From an uncultured Alphaproteobacteria bacterium (lineage in GTDB: Bacteria > Pseudomonadota > Alphaproteobacteria > RF32 > CAG-239), in the NCBI GenBank assembly GCA_944391315.1, contig CALXTD010000003.1, positions 286 through 64,285 of the forward strand: DNA of 64,000 nt, written 5' to 3'. A program made the position numbers and the translations under genes. Shown here one piece after another: positions 18,935 to 28,591 of the stretch. The notes beneath the pieces are model-generated. The model ran no database searches and was not told the origin of the DNA. It worked only from the letters and a program-made list of their open reading frames with translations. How positions within the stretch are numbered: position 1 is the first letter of the stretch; the number at the start of each line of letters is the position of its first letter.

Positions 18935-21900
18935 CTATTTTGAATTAAATTTTTCTTTTAGTGCGGCTAAACCGGATAAATCTGTAATAGAAGTACTTTT
19001 TTGTCCTTTAGCCGCTTTTTTTGCTTCTTTTAAGCGCTTTTTGTTTTCCTCGGGAGAAATAAGTTCTTCTTCTTGATAACTTTTCTCATGCTCTATTCCA
19101 GCCTTTTCTTCAAGAAACTCTCGCGTGGTGTAAATCCATTCGTTTGCATCTTCGTCATAATAAGACTGATTGTTAGATTCACGTTCAATATTAATGACCT
19201 TATCCTTTACATCTAAGAACAAGAAATAAGTTTCATCGTCAACAGTTCTACTATCAGAAATTTCATATCCAAGCTTATTCATAACTTTTTTTGCTATGTT
19301 TTCATAGCCCAAATTTCGACGGTCTCTGCCAACGGCATTGAAGTAATCATATCCGTGCGTTTCTTCGTTATCAAAGAAATTTAATAGTTCTTGCGCGGTA
19401 AATTCATCTATATGAGAAAGTTTTTCTTGTCTTTCAGCTTCTTTTTCTTGTTCAGCTTTTTCATTTTGAATGGTAAGAATGTCATTATCACGAATATTTA
19501 ATCCATGAACTTTCTTCAACCGTTTTTTTATTTCCTCAATTTTTTCAGAAGTTGAAATTTCTGATCTAATGAGTTCATTATTTTCTTCCAGAGTCTTATT
19601 ATATACATCTTCTTTACGAGTTTCGACCGGCTGAATAATCAAATCAGAAAATTCATCTTCCGTAATATCACCTTTGGCAAAAGGCTTAAATTCATCCATT
19701 TGGGAAAGGGTTTTTGCAATTTCTTTATATCCCGTATTTTCCAAGTTTTCATCAGGAATATTCTGCGCAACTTTCAATCCCATTTTTTTAATAGCTTCTT
19801 TTCTTTCTTTAATTTTGATTTCGGCTTTTTTGTTATGAATAAAAGAACGAAGTTTTTCTTTGTAAGCATCAGATAAATCAGCCTCATTCACAAGATTTTC
19901 AAGAGCGGTGGCGTTTGAAAGCATTTCATCAGAAATTTGAGATGTAACATTTGCATAACTCTTTTTATCTTCTTCAGGATCCCTGTTAGATTGAAAGACC
20001 TCCCCATTTTCTGCGGAAACAAAAAGTTTTTCGCCTTTTAATGTTGTAGATTTTCCTGTGGAGACATTAAGAATCTTAGAATTATCAAAGACAAATTTCT
20101 TATCTAAATTCATATAATAAAAATCCAATTGATTAACGGAAGAATTACGAAACTTAACATCTTTGGTTTGAGAGTAATCAAGCTCAACATAACTAGTATC
20201 TACGCCATCAAATAATAAATCCTTGGATTTAGAATGTTTTGCTTTTATTTCACTGGCTTTCATATGAGACAAAGAAATTCTATCAGCAGTAACACCTTCC
20301 AGAGAAATAATATTGTTAAAATTGTCATTTTCGGAAGACAAATTAATCTCTTTTAGAGTTGATGAATCAAACATTAGGGTATTAGACGCATCGCCGCAAA
20401 TATGCATATTGACTACCAAATCAGGATTCTGAATCTCAAAATGAGTAGCAACAACAGGATTTATTTTTAAATCAAGCTTATTGTCTTTAATAAGTCCGAG
20501 TTTTAAAATATCTTTTTCATTAATGTAAACGGAACTGTTATAATTAGACCTTTCCTCGTTAAGAATTTTAAATAAATCAAAGTTCTTTTTAGGGCGAGGG
20601 GCAGAAAGTACGTCACAAATAAGATCGTCATAATGTTCTTTTTTTAAAATATCCTTCCAAAAAGGAACAGGAATATTGTTTTTCTCTGTATAGTTTCTAA
20701 ACTCATCAACCCCTTTTTCCTCAAGCAGTTTCATTGCCTCTGCGACACGTGCTTTAAAGGCATCTGTAACAAATTCTTTTAATTTGTAATTTCCGATATA
20801 AGAAGAATCCAATATATGAAAATCTTTATCATCATCAACTTTTGAAATTACATCAGGATTTTTACGAATATACGTTTTAATATCATCAGCAGACAAAGCC
20901 GTAACATTTTCATTTACGGTGAAAGAACGGCCGCCGTTTTTAGGAGTAATTACCCGAGGTTCAGCCAGATAAAACATAGATGCTCTAACAGTAGAAGAGT
21001 TAGAAACATCATAACTGTTACGGTTAAAAATATTCATACCATCAATATTAAGTTTTTCAATATGACCCGCAATGAGACATTGACGTAATTTATCATAGTC
21101 AAATTCAAGAGAGTCGGTAGAAAAGCGGACTCCCAATCTGTGTCGCAAATCACGAATAAGTTCCTTTGTTTCAAAGAAACGTTTTTTATTCATGTTATAA
21201 GTAAAAAATATTTGATTAGTTCTTGCTTCTAACTCTTTTCTCTGGATCCCAGAACGTTTAAGTTTTTTCAGTTCTTTATCAGTTGCAACAAAAGCCTTTA
21301 ATCCATCAAATAAGTCAGATGAATCATCTAAACCGTGATTTTGTCTGAAATTTTGCCGCAAGTTTCCTTGTTCGGAAATCGCAGTCATCACAATAGCTTG
21401 AGGCAAACAGTATTCGCGACTCTGGGCATATTTTAAGGTAACGGCATTTTCCACTGTAACCGGCAAATCATTAGAAAACTTTCCAAGATTTGTTAATTTT
21501 CCGTCCTCATCAATAAGTTTTAGCCTTTTTAATTTATCTTTTGCCGCCAAAAGTTGATTGTGATCAATATAAGCATCAAAATTCAAATCCTCAGCTTTCA
21601 AATCAAAGCTGGCACAATCCATGACCAAAGAAGAAAGAGGAAGTCGTGAAATTTCAGGAGTTGTTTCTTTGTCGCGATTACTCCATTTGCTGTAGGACGC
21701 TAAAACAAAGATACCATCGGTAAAACGACAAACACGACCTTTCTGTTGTTGTAAACGCCATTGAGGCAAATCTTGTTCTTTAAGAGCAATTGCTCCGCTG
21801 GAAGTAACAAAAAGGTCTTTTCCTTTACCTGAAGTAACACCTGCATCAAGCCAAGGAATATTCATACCGCTTTCGATAACATTTGTTCCGATAAGAATTT

Positions 21901-22720
21901 TTTTAAAACCATTTTGAGGTGCTTTAAGTGCTTTATCGCGCTCTTTTTTATCCATTTCACCATAGATTGAAGCCACCTCAACATTTTTAATATCTTTCGA
22001 AAGCAGCAAAGTTTCAATAGCATCTTTGGTATCTTCAATATTAGCCACACCGGATTCAAAAACAGCAACACCTTTTCTGTTTTTATTAAGGATTAAATCG
22101 ACAGCATGTTCGGCAGAAGATTTACTATTATCTTCAATAATTTCACAGTCAAAAGTTCTACCTTCTGATTCAAAAGTTTTAGGATTAAACTGTTTCCAGT
22201 ATTCTTTTTGTTTTTCAAGATTAATTGTAGCGCTCATTTCAATCAGACGCATCGGATCACCTTGAGTCTTTCTATAATGAAGCAAGGCTTTAGCAATAGA
22301 CATATCCATAGATGCTTCGTGTACTTCATCAAGAACGATATTTTTTTCATAAAATATCATACCGGAACTGATAGCATAACCATAGGTAGCAAAAATAATT
22401 TTCGAGCGCTTGCTAAAAAGAGGTTCATCACCACCTTGAGTACCAACCGCATAACCAACTTCTTCACCAAGAGACGTGTCGGAAAGCTCAGCCACGGTTT
22501 CCGCAGCATTAATAGCTAAGAATTTTCTTGGAACAAGAACAACAACTCTTTCATTATCAGGAATTTTATCGGCTAATTTGGCTGGTATTGTTAAAGTTTT
22601 ACCGCTACCGGTAGGAGAAGAGATGATTGTTACGCTTTCATCAACGGCCTGCATAACATCGTCAGAAACTTCATTAACAGGAAGATCTTTTAATGTGTTA
22701 TTATATAATTCTTCAAACAT
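18935..22720 (-). CDS. DEAH/RHA-type (HrpA/HrpB-like) helicase with a long unrecognised C-terminal extension
   Basis: Maximal ORF is 18935..22747 (1270 aa). The second ATG at 22720 has GGGAGAG 5 nt upstream and is preferred. Motifs GSGKT, DEVHE, SAT, TNVIESGMNIP, QQQKGRVCR, followed by an HA2/OB-like region. About 650 further aa carry no catalytic motif I recognise. Confidence 0.8.
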   Translation of the reverse strand: MFEELYNNTLKDLPVNEVSDDVMQAVDESVTIISSPTGSGKTLTIPAKLADKIPDNERVVVLVPRKFLAINAAETVAELSDTSLGEEVGYAVGTQGGDEPLFSKRSKIIFATYGYAISSGMIFYEKNIVLDEVHEASMDMSIAKALLHYRKTQGDPMRLIEMSATINLEKQKEYWKQFNPKTFESEGRTFDCEIIEDNSKSSAEHAVDLILNKNRKGVAVFESGVANIEDTKDAIETLLLSKDIKNVEVASIYGEMDKKERDKALKAPQNGFKKILIGTNVIESGMNIPWLDAGVTSGKGKDLFVTSSGAIALKEQDLPQWRLQQQKGRVCRFTDGIFVLASYSKWSNRDKETTPEISRLPLSSLVMDCASFDLKAEDLNFDAYIDHNQLLAAKDKLKRLKLIDEDGKLTNLGKFSNDLPVTVENAVTLKYAQSREYCLPQAIVMTAISEQGNLRQNFRQNHGLDDSSDLFDGLKAFVATDKELKKLKRSGIQRKELEARTNQIFFTYNMNKKRFFETKELIRDLRHRLGVRFSTDSLEFDYDKLRQCLIAGHIEKLNIDGMNIFNRNSYDVSNSSTVRASMFYLAEPRVITPKNGGRSFTVNENVTALSADDIKTYIRKNPDVISKVDDDKDFHILDSSYIGNYKLKEFVTDAFKARVAEAMKLLEEKGVDEFRNYTEKNNIPVPFWKDILKKEHYDDLICDVLSAPRPKKNFDLFKILNEERSNYNSSVYINEKDILKLGLIKDNKLDLKINPVVATHFEIQNPDLVVNMHICGDASNTLMFDSSTLKEINLSSENDNFNNIISLEGVTADRISLSHMKASEIKAKHSKSKDLLFDGVDTSYVELDYSQTKDVKFRNSSVNQLDFYYMNLDKKFVFDNSKILNVSTGKSTTLKGEKLFVSAENGEVFQSNRDPEEDKKSYANVTSQISDEMLSNATALENLVNEADLSDAYKEKLRSFIHNKKAEIKIKERKEAIKKMGLKVAQNIPDENLENTGYKEIAKTLSQMDEFKPFAKGDITEDEFSDLIIQPVETRKEDVYNKTLEENNELIRSEISTSEKIEEIKKRLKKVHGLNIRDNDILTIQNEKAEQEKEAERQEKLSHIDEFTAQELLNFFDNEETHGYDYFNAVGRDRRNLGYENIAKKVMNKLGYEISDSRTVDDETYFLFLDVKDKVINIERESNNQSYYDEDANEWIYTTREFLEEKAGIEHEKSYQEEELISPEENKKRLKEAKKAAKGQKSTSITDLSGLAALKEKFNSK

Positions 22721-22821
22721 AACTTCTCTCCCAAAATAATCAAACATTGATTAATATATATCATATTTTAAAACTTTTGTCTATTAAATTTTTTTGAGAT
22801 GTATTAATAAATTGATATTAA

Positions 22822-22861
22822 ACAAAAAAAATCCGCAACGGTTTTATGTGCGGATTTTTTT
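22822..22861 (-). terminator. Rho-independent terminator of ppiD
   Basis: ATCCGCA / TGCGGAT stem with an 11-nt loop, followed on the minus strand by an 8-T run. Lies 18 nt downstream of the ppiD stop. Confidence 0.65.
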
Positions 22862-22878
22862 AGGGACAAAATTATAAG

Positions 22879-24744
22879 TTAGTCAGCCAAGCCGAGGAGC
22901 TTATACTTAACCCGAACATCATAGCCCTGAGCATAACTCTGGGTTAAGGTTTCGGCAGCTTCGGCAACCAGTTCATTACGAACTTTGTTGCGGATGTCAG
23001 CCTTTTCCTGTTGAGTAAGTTTGTGAGTATCTTTAACCACCTCAGAGGTAACGGCAATAATCTTAGCTTCGCCATTATCAAAAAGGTGAGGTGTTCCGGG
23101 CTCTTCTTGGAACAATTCCGCAATCTGAGAAGACGGCATCATTTCAAAGCTTTCTGACTTCTTGATTTGTTTTGAAACATAGAGCTTCAGGCCAAGACGA
23201 GCAGCAACATCAGATATTTTCTCACCATTTTCAAGATTAGAGGTAATGTCGTTAATCATCTCTTGAGCAAGAGCATCGCGCTCATTATTTTCCCAGATTT
23301 TAACGAGTTGAGGACGAATTTCCTCAAGCGGCAAAAGATGAGATTCAACAATGTTGTTAACGGTCAAAACTGCATAACCCGTGTCTGTTTCAATAACTTG
23401 GCTGATTTCACCAACATTATAAGAAAATGCCGTGTCAACCAAATCTGTAGAAAGTTTTGAAGAGGAACCGTTATAAGAACCGTCTTCTGCCAATCCTTTT
23501 ACGGAAGTAATTTTAACTCCGAGATTTTTAGCAATCTGATCAAAACTCTGACCGGCACCGATTTTATCTTCGATAGAATTTGCAAATTCATAAGCTGTAT
23601 CATAAGCCTTTTCTTTGCGGATAGCTTCAGCTGCTTTTTTGTCAGCTTCTTTGCGATTCATTTTTTCGGCAGGAGTAACGGCAGTTACTTTGAAAATATG
23701 CCATCCGAATTCTGATTTAATCGGCCCGATAACTTTATTAAGCGGGGCAGAGAACACATCATCAGCTACATCAGCCAGAAGCATATCTTTAGAAACCGCT
23801 CCAAGCTTGGTATCTTGAGAAGTCTGCTGAGCCAAAGATTTTGCAACGGCAAAGAAATCTGTGCCGGAAGCTAACTCATTGCTGGCTTTCTGAGCCGTTT
23901 CTTCAGAATCAAATACCATCTGCAAAACATCACGCTTTTCCGATGTTTCAAACAAAGAGATATTTTGCTGATAATAGGAGTTTATTTCTTCTTGAGACGG
24001 ATTATAAGCCTCGGCAATATCTTCTGAAGAAAGCGTAAAGTAAGAAACATCGCGTTTTTCTGGAGCCATAAAGTTCTCGGCAAAATCGCTGTAATACTGT
24101 TCGACTTCGTCATCAGAAATATTGCGAGTAATGGTGAGCTTCTGCGGAACGATTTTAACATAAGAGAAAACGCGTTTTTGATTTTCGATTTTTCCGAGCC
24201 AATCAGTCAGAAAGTCCGGAACCTCAATTCTTCTGACCGGATTCTGAACCAACATTTGGCGCAAAACATCAGAGCGCAAAGCTTGAATGTATTCTTGCTC
24301 AGTCCAACCAGTTGCAGACAACATCAAATTAAAGCGGTTGCGATCAAACTGGCCTTGAGCATTCATAAATTCGTTTTGTGAATAAATAATCTTGCGAATA
24401 AGCTCATCGCCGATAACAATATTATTTTTCTGAGCAGTTGTTTGCAAAATAGCATCAGCAACTTCGCGTTGAACTATTCCAAGAAGCAAAGTGCTTTTGA
24501 TTGAGTCATTAATTTCGAGGTTGTCACCAAACATTTTGCGTGTATTGGCAAGCTCTTTTTCATACATAAAAGAAACTTCACCTTGCGAAATTTCAATATC
24601 ATCAACTTTAATAACGGTCCGATTCTGACCGGCATTGTAAATATAACCCGAAATTCCAAATAACGACATAAAGCTAAGCGCAGTAAGGATAAAAATACTT
24701 TTAGCAACCCAACTGTCTTGCATTTTTCTAATTTTGCTCATCAT
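22879..24744 (-). CDS. ppiD: Periplasmic chaperone / peptidyl-prolyl isomerase PpiD
   Basis: 621 aa. N-terminal TM anchor, SurA_N-like region, single parvulin core (SEFGWHIFKV). Confidence 0.85.
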   Translation of the reverse strand: MMSKIRKMQDSWVAKSIFILTALSFMSLFGISGYIYNAGQNRTVIKVDDIEISQGEVSFMYEKELANTRKMFGDNLEINDSIKSTLLLGIVQREVADAILQTTAQKNNIVIGDELIRKIIYSQNEFMNAQGQFDRNRFNLMLSATGWTEQEYIQALRSDVLRQMLVQNPVRRIEVPDFLTDWLGKIENQKRVFSYVKIVPQKLTITRNISDDEVEQYYSDFAENFMAPEKRDVSYFTLSSEDIAEAYNPSQEEINSYYQQNISLFETSEKRDVLQMVFDSEETAQKASNELASGTDFFAVAKSLAQQTSQDTKLGAVSKDMLLADVADDVFSAPLNKVIGPIKSEFGWHIFKVTAVTPAEKMNRKEADKKAAEAIRKEKAYDTAYEFANSIEDKIGAGQSFDQIAKNLGVKITSVKGLAEDGSYNGSSSKLSTDLVDTAFSYNVGEISQVIETDTGYAVLTVNNIVESHLLPLEEIRPQLVKIWENNERDALAQEMINDITSNLENGEKISDVAARLGLKLYVSKQIKKSESFEMMPSSQIAELFQEEPGTPHLFDNGEAKIIAVTSEVVKDTHKLTQQEKADIRNKVRNELVAEAAETLTQSYAQGYDVRVKYKLLGLAD

Positions 24745-24928
24745 GGCATTAAAATCCTATACAATAAAATAAACTGGAAAGACTCTAATATAAAAAGCAA
24801 CAATCTTCAATACAAAATAAAGAAGCGTTCACAACAAATATAGTAGAACAAACGATTTTTTTACTGGAAAATAAAAAAAAGATGTGATAGAACACACAAT
24901 CATAGATAAAAGAAGAAGGAAAAAACAC

Positions 24929-25693
24929 ATGGCTAGAAAAATGCTTATTGCCGGAAATTGGAAGATGAACGGCTTATTGGCGGATGGTGCAGCCCTTGCA
25001 AAAGGCGTTGCCGAAGAAGTAAAAAAGATGGGTAAACCTCAATGCGAATTTTTGGTCTGCCCGCCGTTTACTTTGTTAACCACGGTTAAAAAGGCTTTAA
25101 GAGGCTCAAAAGTTGCTCTTGGTGCACAAGATTGCCACATTGCAGAGAAGGGTGCTCATACCGGTGACATTAGTCCGGTAATGTTAAAAGATTGCGGATG
25201 TCAGTATGTGATTCTCGGACACTCTGAAAGAAGAGCCGATCATGGCGAAAGCAGTGAGTTGGTTAATGTTAAAGCTCAGGCTGCCTATGGACAAGGCCTG
25301 AAAGCAATCATCTGCGTTGGTGAAACTTTGGCCGAAAGAGATGCCGGAAAAGCTCTTGATGTTTGCACACGTCAAATTTTAGATTCTGTTCCCGAAAGTG
25401 CTACTTGGCAAAATACCGTTATTGCATATGAACCTGTGTGGGCAATCGGCACTGGCAAAGTTCCGACCACCAAAGACGTTGAAGAAGTTCATGCCGCAAT
25501 TCGTAAAACTCTGGCTAAAAAGTTGGGCAAAGGCAATGCTAATCGCATGAGAATTTTGTACGGCGGTTCTGTAAAACCCAATAACGCTAAGGAACTTTTG
25601 GGTCTGGAAGATGTTGACGGAGCATTAATCGGCGGCGCCAGCTTAAAAGTAGAAGATTTTATTAACATCGCCAAAAATTCTGGCGCTTGCTAA
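24929..25693 (+). CDS. tpiA: Triosephosphate isomerase
   Basis: MARKMLIAGNWKMNG from ATG 24929 (the track ORF starts at an upstream GTG). GHSERR, AYEPVWAIGTG. Confidence 0.95.
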   Translation: MARKMLIAGNWKMNGLLADGAALAKGVAEEVKKMGKPQCEFLVCPPFTLLTTVKKALRGSKVALGAQDCHIAEKGAHTGDISPVMLKDCGCQYVILGHSERRADHGESSELVNVKAQAAYGQGLKAIICVGETLAERDAGKALDVCTRQILDSVPESATWQNTVIAYEPVWAIGTGKVPTTKDVEEVHAAIRKTLAKKLGKGNANRMRILYGGSVKPNNAKELLGLEDVDGALIGGASLKVEDFINIAKNSGAC

Positions 25694-25710
25694 AATAAGG
25701 AAAAATAAAG

Positions 25711-26031
25711 ATGGAAACAGTATTACTCGTATTGCACTTGCTGACGGCAATCTTTTTGGTTTGCTTCATCTTAATGCAGCGCTCAGGCGGCGGTGCATTA
25801 GATGGCTTGGGCGGCGGTTCTGGCGCAAGCAACTTTTTAAGCGCAAGAGGAACCAGCAATTTCTTAACCAAAACAACAGCCATTTTAGCAACCATATTTT
25901 TCATCACCAGTATTTCACTGTCTTTGTATTATAAAAATGTTGAACGCAAGGCAAATTCAATTATTGATACTCCGCCGGCAGCTGCAGAGACAGCGCCTGA
26001 AGTTCCTAACGTTCCGACGGCTGAAAAATAG
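25711..26031 (+). CDS. secG: Preprotein translocase subunit SecG
   Basis: 106 aa. Two hydrophobic segments flank the Gly-rich loop MQRSGGGALDGLGGGSG. Conserved position after tpiA. Confidence 0.85.
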   Translation: METVLLVLHLLTAIFLVCFILMQRSGGGALDGLGGGSGASNFLSARGTSNFLTKTTAILATIFFITSISLSLYYKNVERKANSIIDTPPAAAETAPEVPNVPTAEK

Positions 26032-26058
26032 TAAAAGATGAAAAATCAAACAAACATA

Positions 26059-26096
26059 ACAAAGGCACCGAAAAAATAAGGTGCCTTTGTCACTTT
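26059..26096 (+). terminator. Hairpin after secG (weak T tail)
   Basis: ACAAAGGCACC-gaaaaaataa-GGTGCCTTTGT, a perfect 11-bp stem followed by CACTTT. Confidence 0.45.
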
Positions 26097-26114
26097 AAAA
26101 AACAGGAATAAGAA

Positions 26115-27782
26115 ATGACTATCAACGAAAAAATCAAAAATATTTTATCAAATAAAGCCAAGTTTATCTTTATTACCGGCGGTGTAGTTTCTTCTCTGGG
26201 AAAAGGGTTAGCCTCGGCATCTCTGGCAACTGTTTTACAGTCCAGAGGTTTTAAGGTAAGACTGCGCAAGCTGGACCCTTATCTGAATGTTGACCCCGGA
26301 ACCATGAGCCCATACCAACATGGTGAGGTTTTCGTAACCGATGACGGTACGGAAGCAGACTTAGACTTAGGTCACTATGAGCGTTTTTCTGGGGTTCCCG
26401 CCAAAAGAGCAGATAGCGTAACCACCGGCATTATTTATCAAAGAGTAATAGATAAAGAGCGTCATGGTGATTACTTAGGAGCGACCATTCAAGTAGTCCC
26501 TCATGTTACAAATGAAATCAAAGACTTTATCTTGTCAGATATTACTGACGAAGATTTTGTTTTGTGTGAAATCGGGGGAACAGTCGGTGATATCGAAGGA
26601 CAACCTTACTTGGAGGCCATAAGACAGCTTGCTTATGAATTGGGCAGAGAAAGAATTATGTTTATCCATGTCACGCTGCTACCCTATATCGGAGCTGCCG
26701 GAGAGTTAAAAACCAAGCCAACCCAGCACTCGGTTAAACAGTTGCAAGAATATGGTATCCAGCCGGATATGATTTTGTGCCGCAGCCCGATACAGATTCC
26801 CGAAAATGAAAAAAGAAAAATCGCATTATTCTGTAATGTTCGGGAAGAAAATGTAATTGCAGCTTTAGATGCAAGCAGTATCTATGAAGTGCCGATAAAT
26901 TATTCAAAAGAGGGAATGGACGATGCAGTCTGCCGTTATTTTGGCTTGAAAGATGTTCCGGCAGCAGATTTAAGCAAATGGGCACATATCGTAAATGTTT
27001 TGAAAAATCCGGAAGGAACGGTCACAATCGGCGTTGTCGGAAAATACACACAGTTGCTTGAGGCTTATAAGTCTCTGAATGAAGCGCTTGTCCATGGCGG
27101 TATTGCTAATAATTATAAAGTAAAAATCAAATGGATTGATTCCGAAAAACTCGAAGGAGAAGATGCAGAAGCCGAATTAAGTGATGTTAGCGGTATCTTG
27201 GTCCCCGGAGGGTTTGGCCAACGCGGAACGGAAGGAAAAATAAAGGCCATCAAATATGCCAGAGAAAATAAAGTTCCATTCTTAGGTATCTGCTTCGGAA
27301 TGCAAATGGCTGTTATTGAAACAATGAGAGATGTTGCCGGTATAAAAAATGCCGGAACAACAGAATTTTCGCCGGATTGCGAAGCTGTTGTCGGCTTAAT
27401 GACCGAGTGGGATAAAGATGGTGCCAAGCAAATCCGTCATAAAGACGGAGATTTAGGTGGCACCATGAGATTGGGCGCATATGAATGCGAACTTGAAAGT
27501 GGTTCAAAAGTAGCCCAAATATATGGCAGCAATAAAATTTCAGAAAGACACCGTCACCGCTATGAAGTTAATATGAAGTACGAAAGCGTATTAAACAAAA
27601 GCGGCATGAGCATAACCGGACGTTCACCGGACGGAAAACTTCCTGAAATCGTAGAAATAAAGGATCACCCATGGTTTATCGGCGTACAATTCCATCCGGA
27701 ATTAAAGTCAAGACCTTTGGCACCACATCCGTTATTTGTATCTTTCGTAAAAGCATCAATTAACAACAGCAGATTAATATAA
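26115..27782 (+). CDS. pyrG: CTP synthase
   Basis: 555 aa. [13 protein letters not shown], glutaminase Cys in GICFGMQ, HRHRYE. Confidence 0.97.
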   Translation: MTINEKIKNILSNKAKFIFITGGVVSSLGKGLASASLATVLQSRGFKVRLRKLDPYLNVDPGTMSPYQHGEVFVTDDGTEADLDLGHYERFSGVPAKRADSVTTGIIYQRVIDKERHGDYLGATIQVVPHVTNEIKDFILSDITDEDFVLCEIGGTVGDIEGQPYLEAIRQLAYELGRERIMFIHVTLLPYIGAAGELKTKPTQHSVKQLQEYGIQPDMILCRSPIQIPENEKRKIALFCNVREENVIAALDASSIYEVPINYSKEGMDDAVCRYFGLKDVPAADLSKWAHIVNVLKNPEGTVTIGVVGKYTQLLEAYKSLNEALVHGGIANNYKVKIKWIDSEKLEGEDAEAELSDVSGILVPGGFGQRGTEGKIKAIKYARENKVPFLGICFGMQMAVIETMRDVAGIKNAGTTEFSPDCEAVVGLMTEWDKDGAKQIRHKDGDLGGTMRLGAYECELESGSKVAQIYGSNKISERHRHRYEVNMKYESVLNKSGMSITGRSPDGKLPEIVEIKDHPWFIGVQFHPELKSRPLAPHPLFVSFVKASINNSRLI

Positions 27783-27800
27783 TTGCTTGAAAGAAAAAAG

Positions 27801-27836
27801 AAAATGCCTATATCGAAAGATGTAGGCATTTTTCTT
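27801..27836 (+). terminator. Rho-independent terminator of pyrG
   Basis: ATGCCTA ... TAGGCAT stem followed by TTTTCTTATTT. Confidence 0.6.
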
Positions 27837-27909
27837 ATTTAGCAGTTGCTAAAGAAAAAAATATCTGATAAATAAAAACAAAAATAAGGGTATAAAAAAG
27901 AAGGTAAAG

Positions 27910-28509
27910 ATGAAAAAATCAAAATTTGCTGTTGTTTTGATGTTAATGATGTTGGGCTTTTCTCCAAAAGCTCAAGCCGAAGAAGTTGCTAAAGAAGATA
28001 CGCTAAATCCGTTCACGGAGCAAGGTAGAGAAAATCTCTGGAATAAAGCAAAATATAATGTATCCGAAACATGGCAATCAGATACCTATGACTTATATGT
28101 GCCGTTTTATGCATGGCATAACAGATTAGCTTACGATGATGAGCATATTGAAAAATATAATGAAGAAGCTTGGGGATTAGGAATAGGCAAATATCGTTAT
28201 GATAAAGACGGAGATTGGCACGGCTTATATGCCATTGCCTTTAAGGATTCCAACTCTTATCTGGAAACAATGTTTGGCTATGCTTATCAAAAAAACTGGT
28301 TTGTAAATTGCAACCGAGACTTCAGAGTAGGGCTTGGTTTTACGGTTGGCGTTACCCAGCGGCATGAATACAGCTATATTCCGGTGCCGCTGCCACTGCC
28401 GATAGCAGGCATTGAATACGGAAGATTTGCCTTACAGGCAGCCTATGTCCCGGGTGTAAAAAATGATGGAAACGTTCTGTTTTCGTGGTTTAGGTTCCGA
28501 ATAAATTAA
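27910..28509 (+). CDS. pagP: Lipid A palmitoyltransferase PagP
   Basis: 199 aa with a signal peptide. Collinear with remembered E. coli PagP: YDLYVPFYAWHNRLAYD, WHGLYAIAFKDS, GLGFTVGVT, IPVPLPLP, GNVLFSWFRF. Equivalents of catalytic His33 and Asp76-Ser77 are present. Confidence 0.88.
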   Translation: MKKSKFAVVLMLMMLGFSPKAQAEEVAKEDTLNPFTEQGRENLWNKAKYNVSETWQSDTYDLYVPFYAWHNRLAYDDEHIEKYNEEAWGLGIGKYRYDKDGDWHGLYAIAFKDSNSYLETMFGYAYQKNWFVNCNRDFRVGLGFTVGVTQRHEYSYIPVPLPLPIAGIEYGRFALQAAYVPGVKNDGNVLFSWFRFRIN

Positions 28510-28541
28510 ATTTTGCTTGATTAAAAATAAATAAAGAGCTA

Positions 28542-28580
28542 TAGACATAGTGTTTAATTATCACTATGTCTAATTATTTT
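28542..28580 (+). terminator. Hairpin terminator after pagP
   Basis: Perfect 11-bp inverted repeat TAGACATAGTG / CACTATGTCTA with a 9-nt loop, followed by ATTATTTT. Confidence 0.55.
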
Positions 28581-28591
28581 ATATTAAGATT

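Noticed and set aside
26059-26096. Hairpin upstream of pyrG as a CTP-sensing attenuator
   Set aside because: It is more simply the secG terminator. No leader features of the known pyrG reiterative-transcription mechanism are visible.
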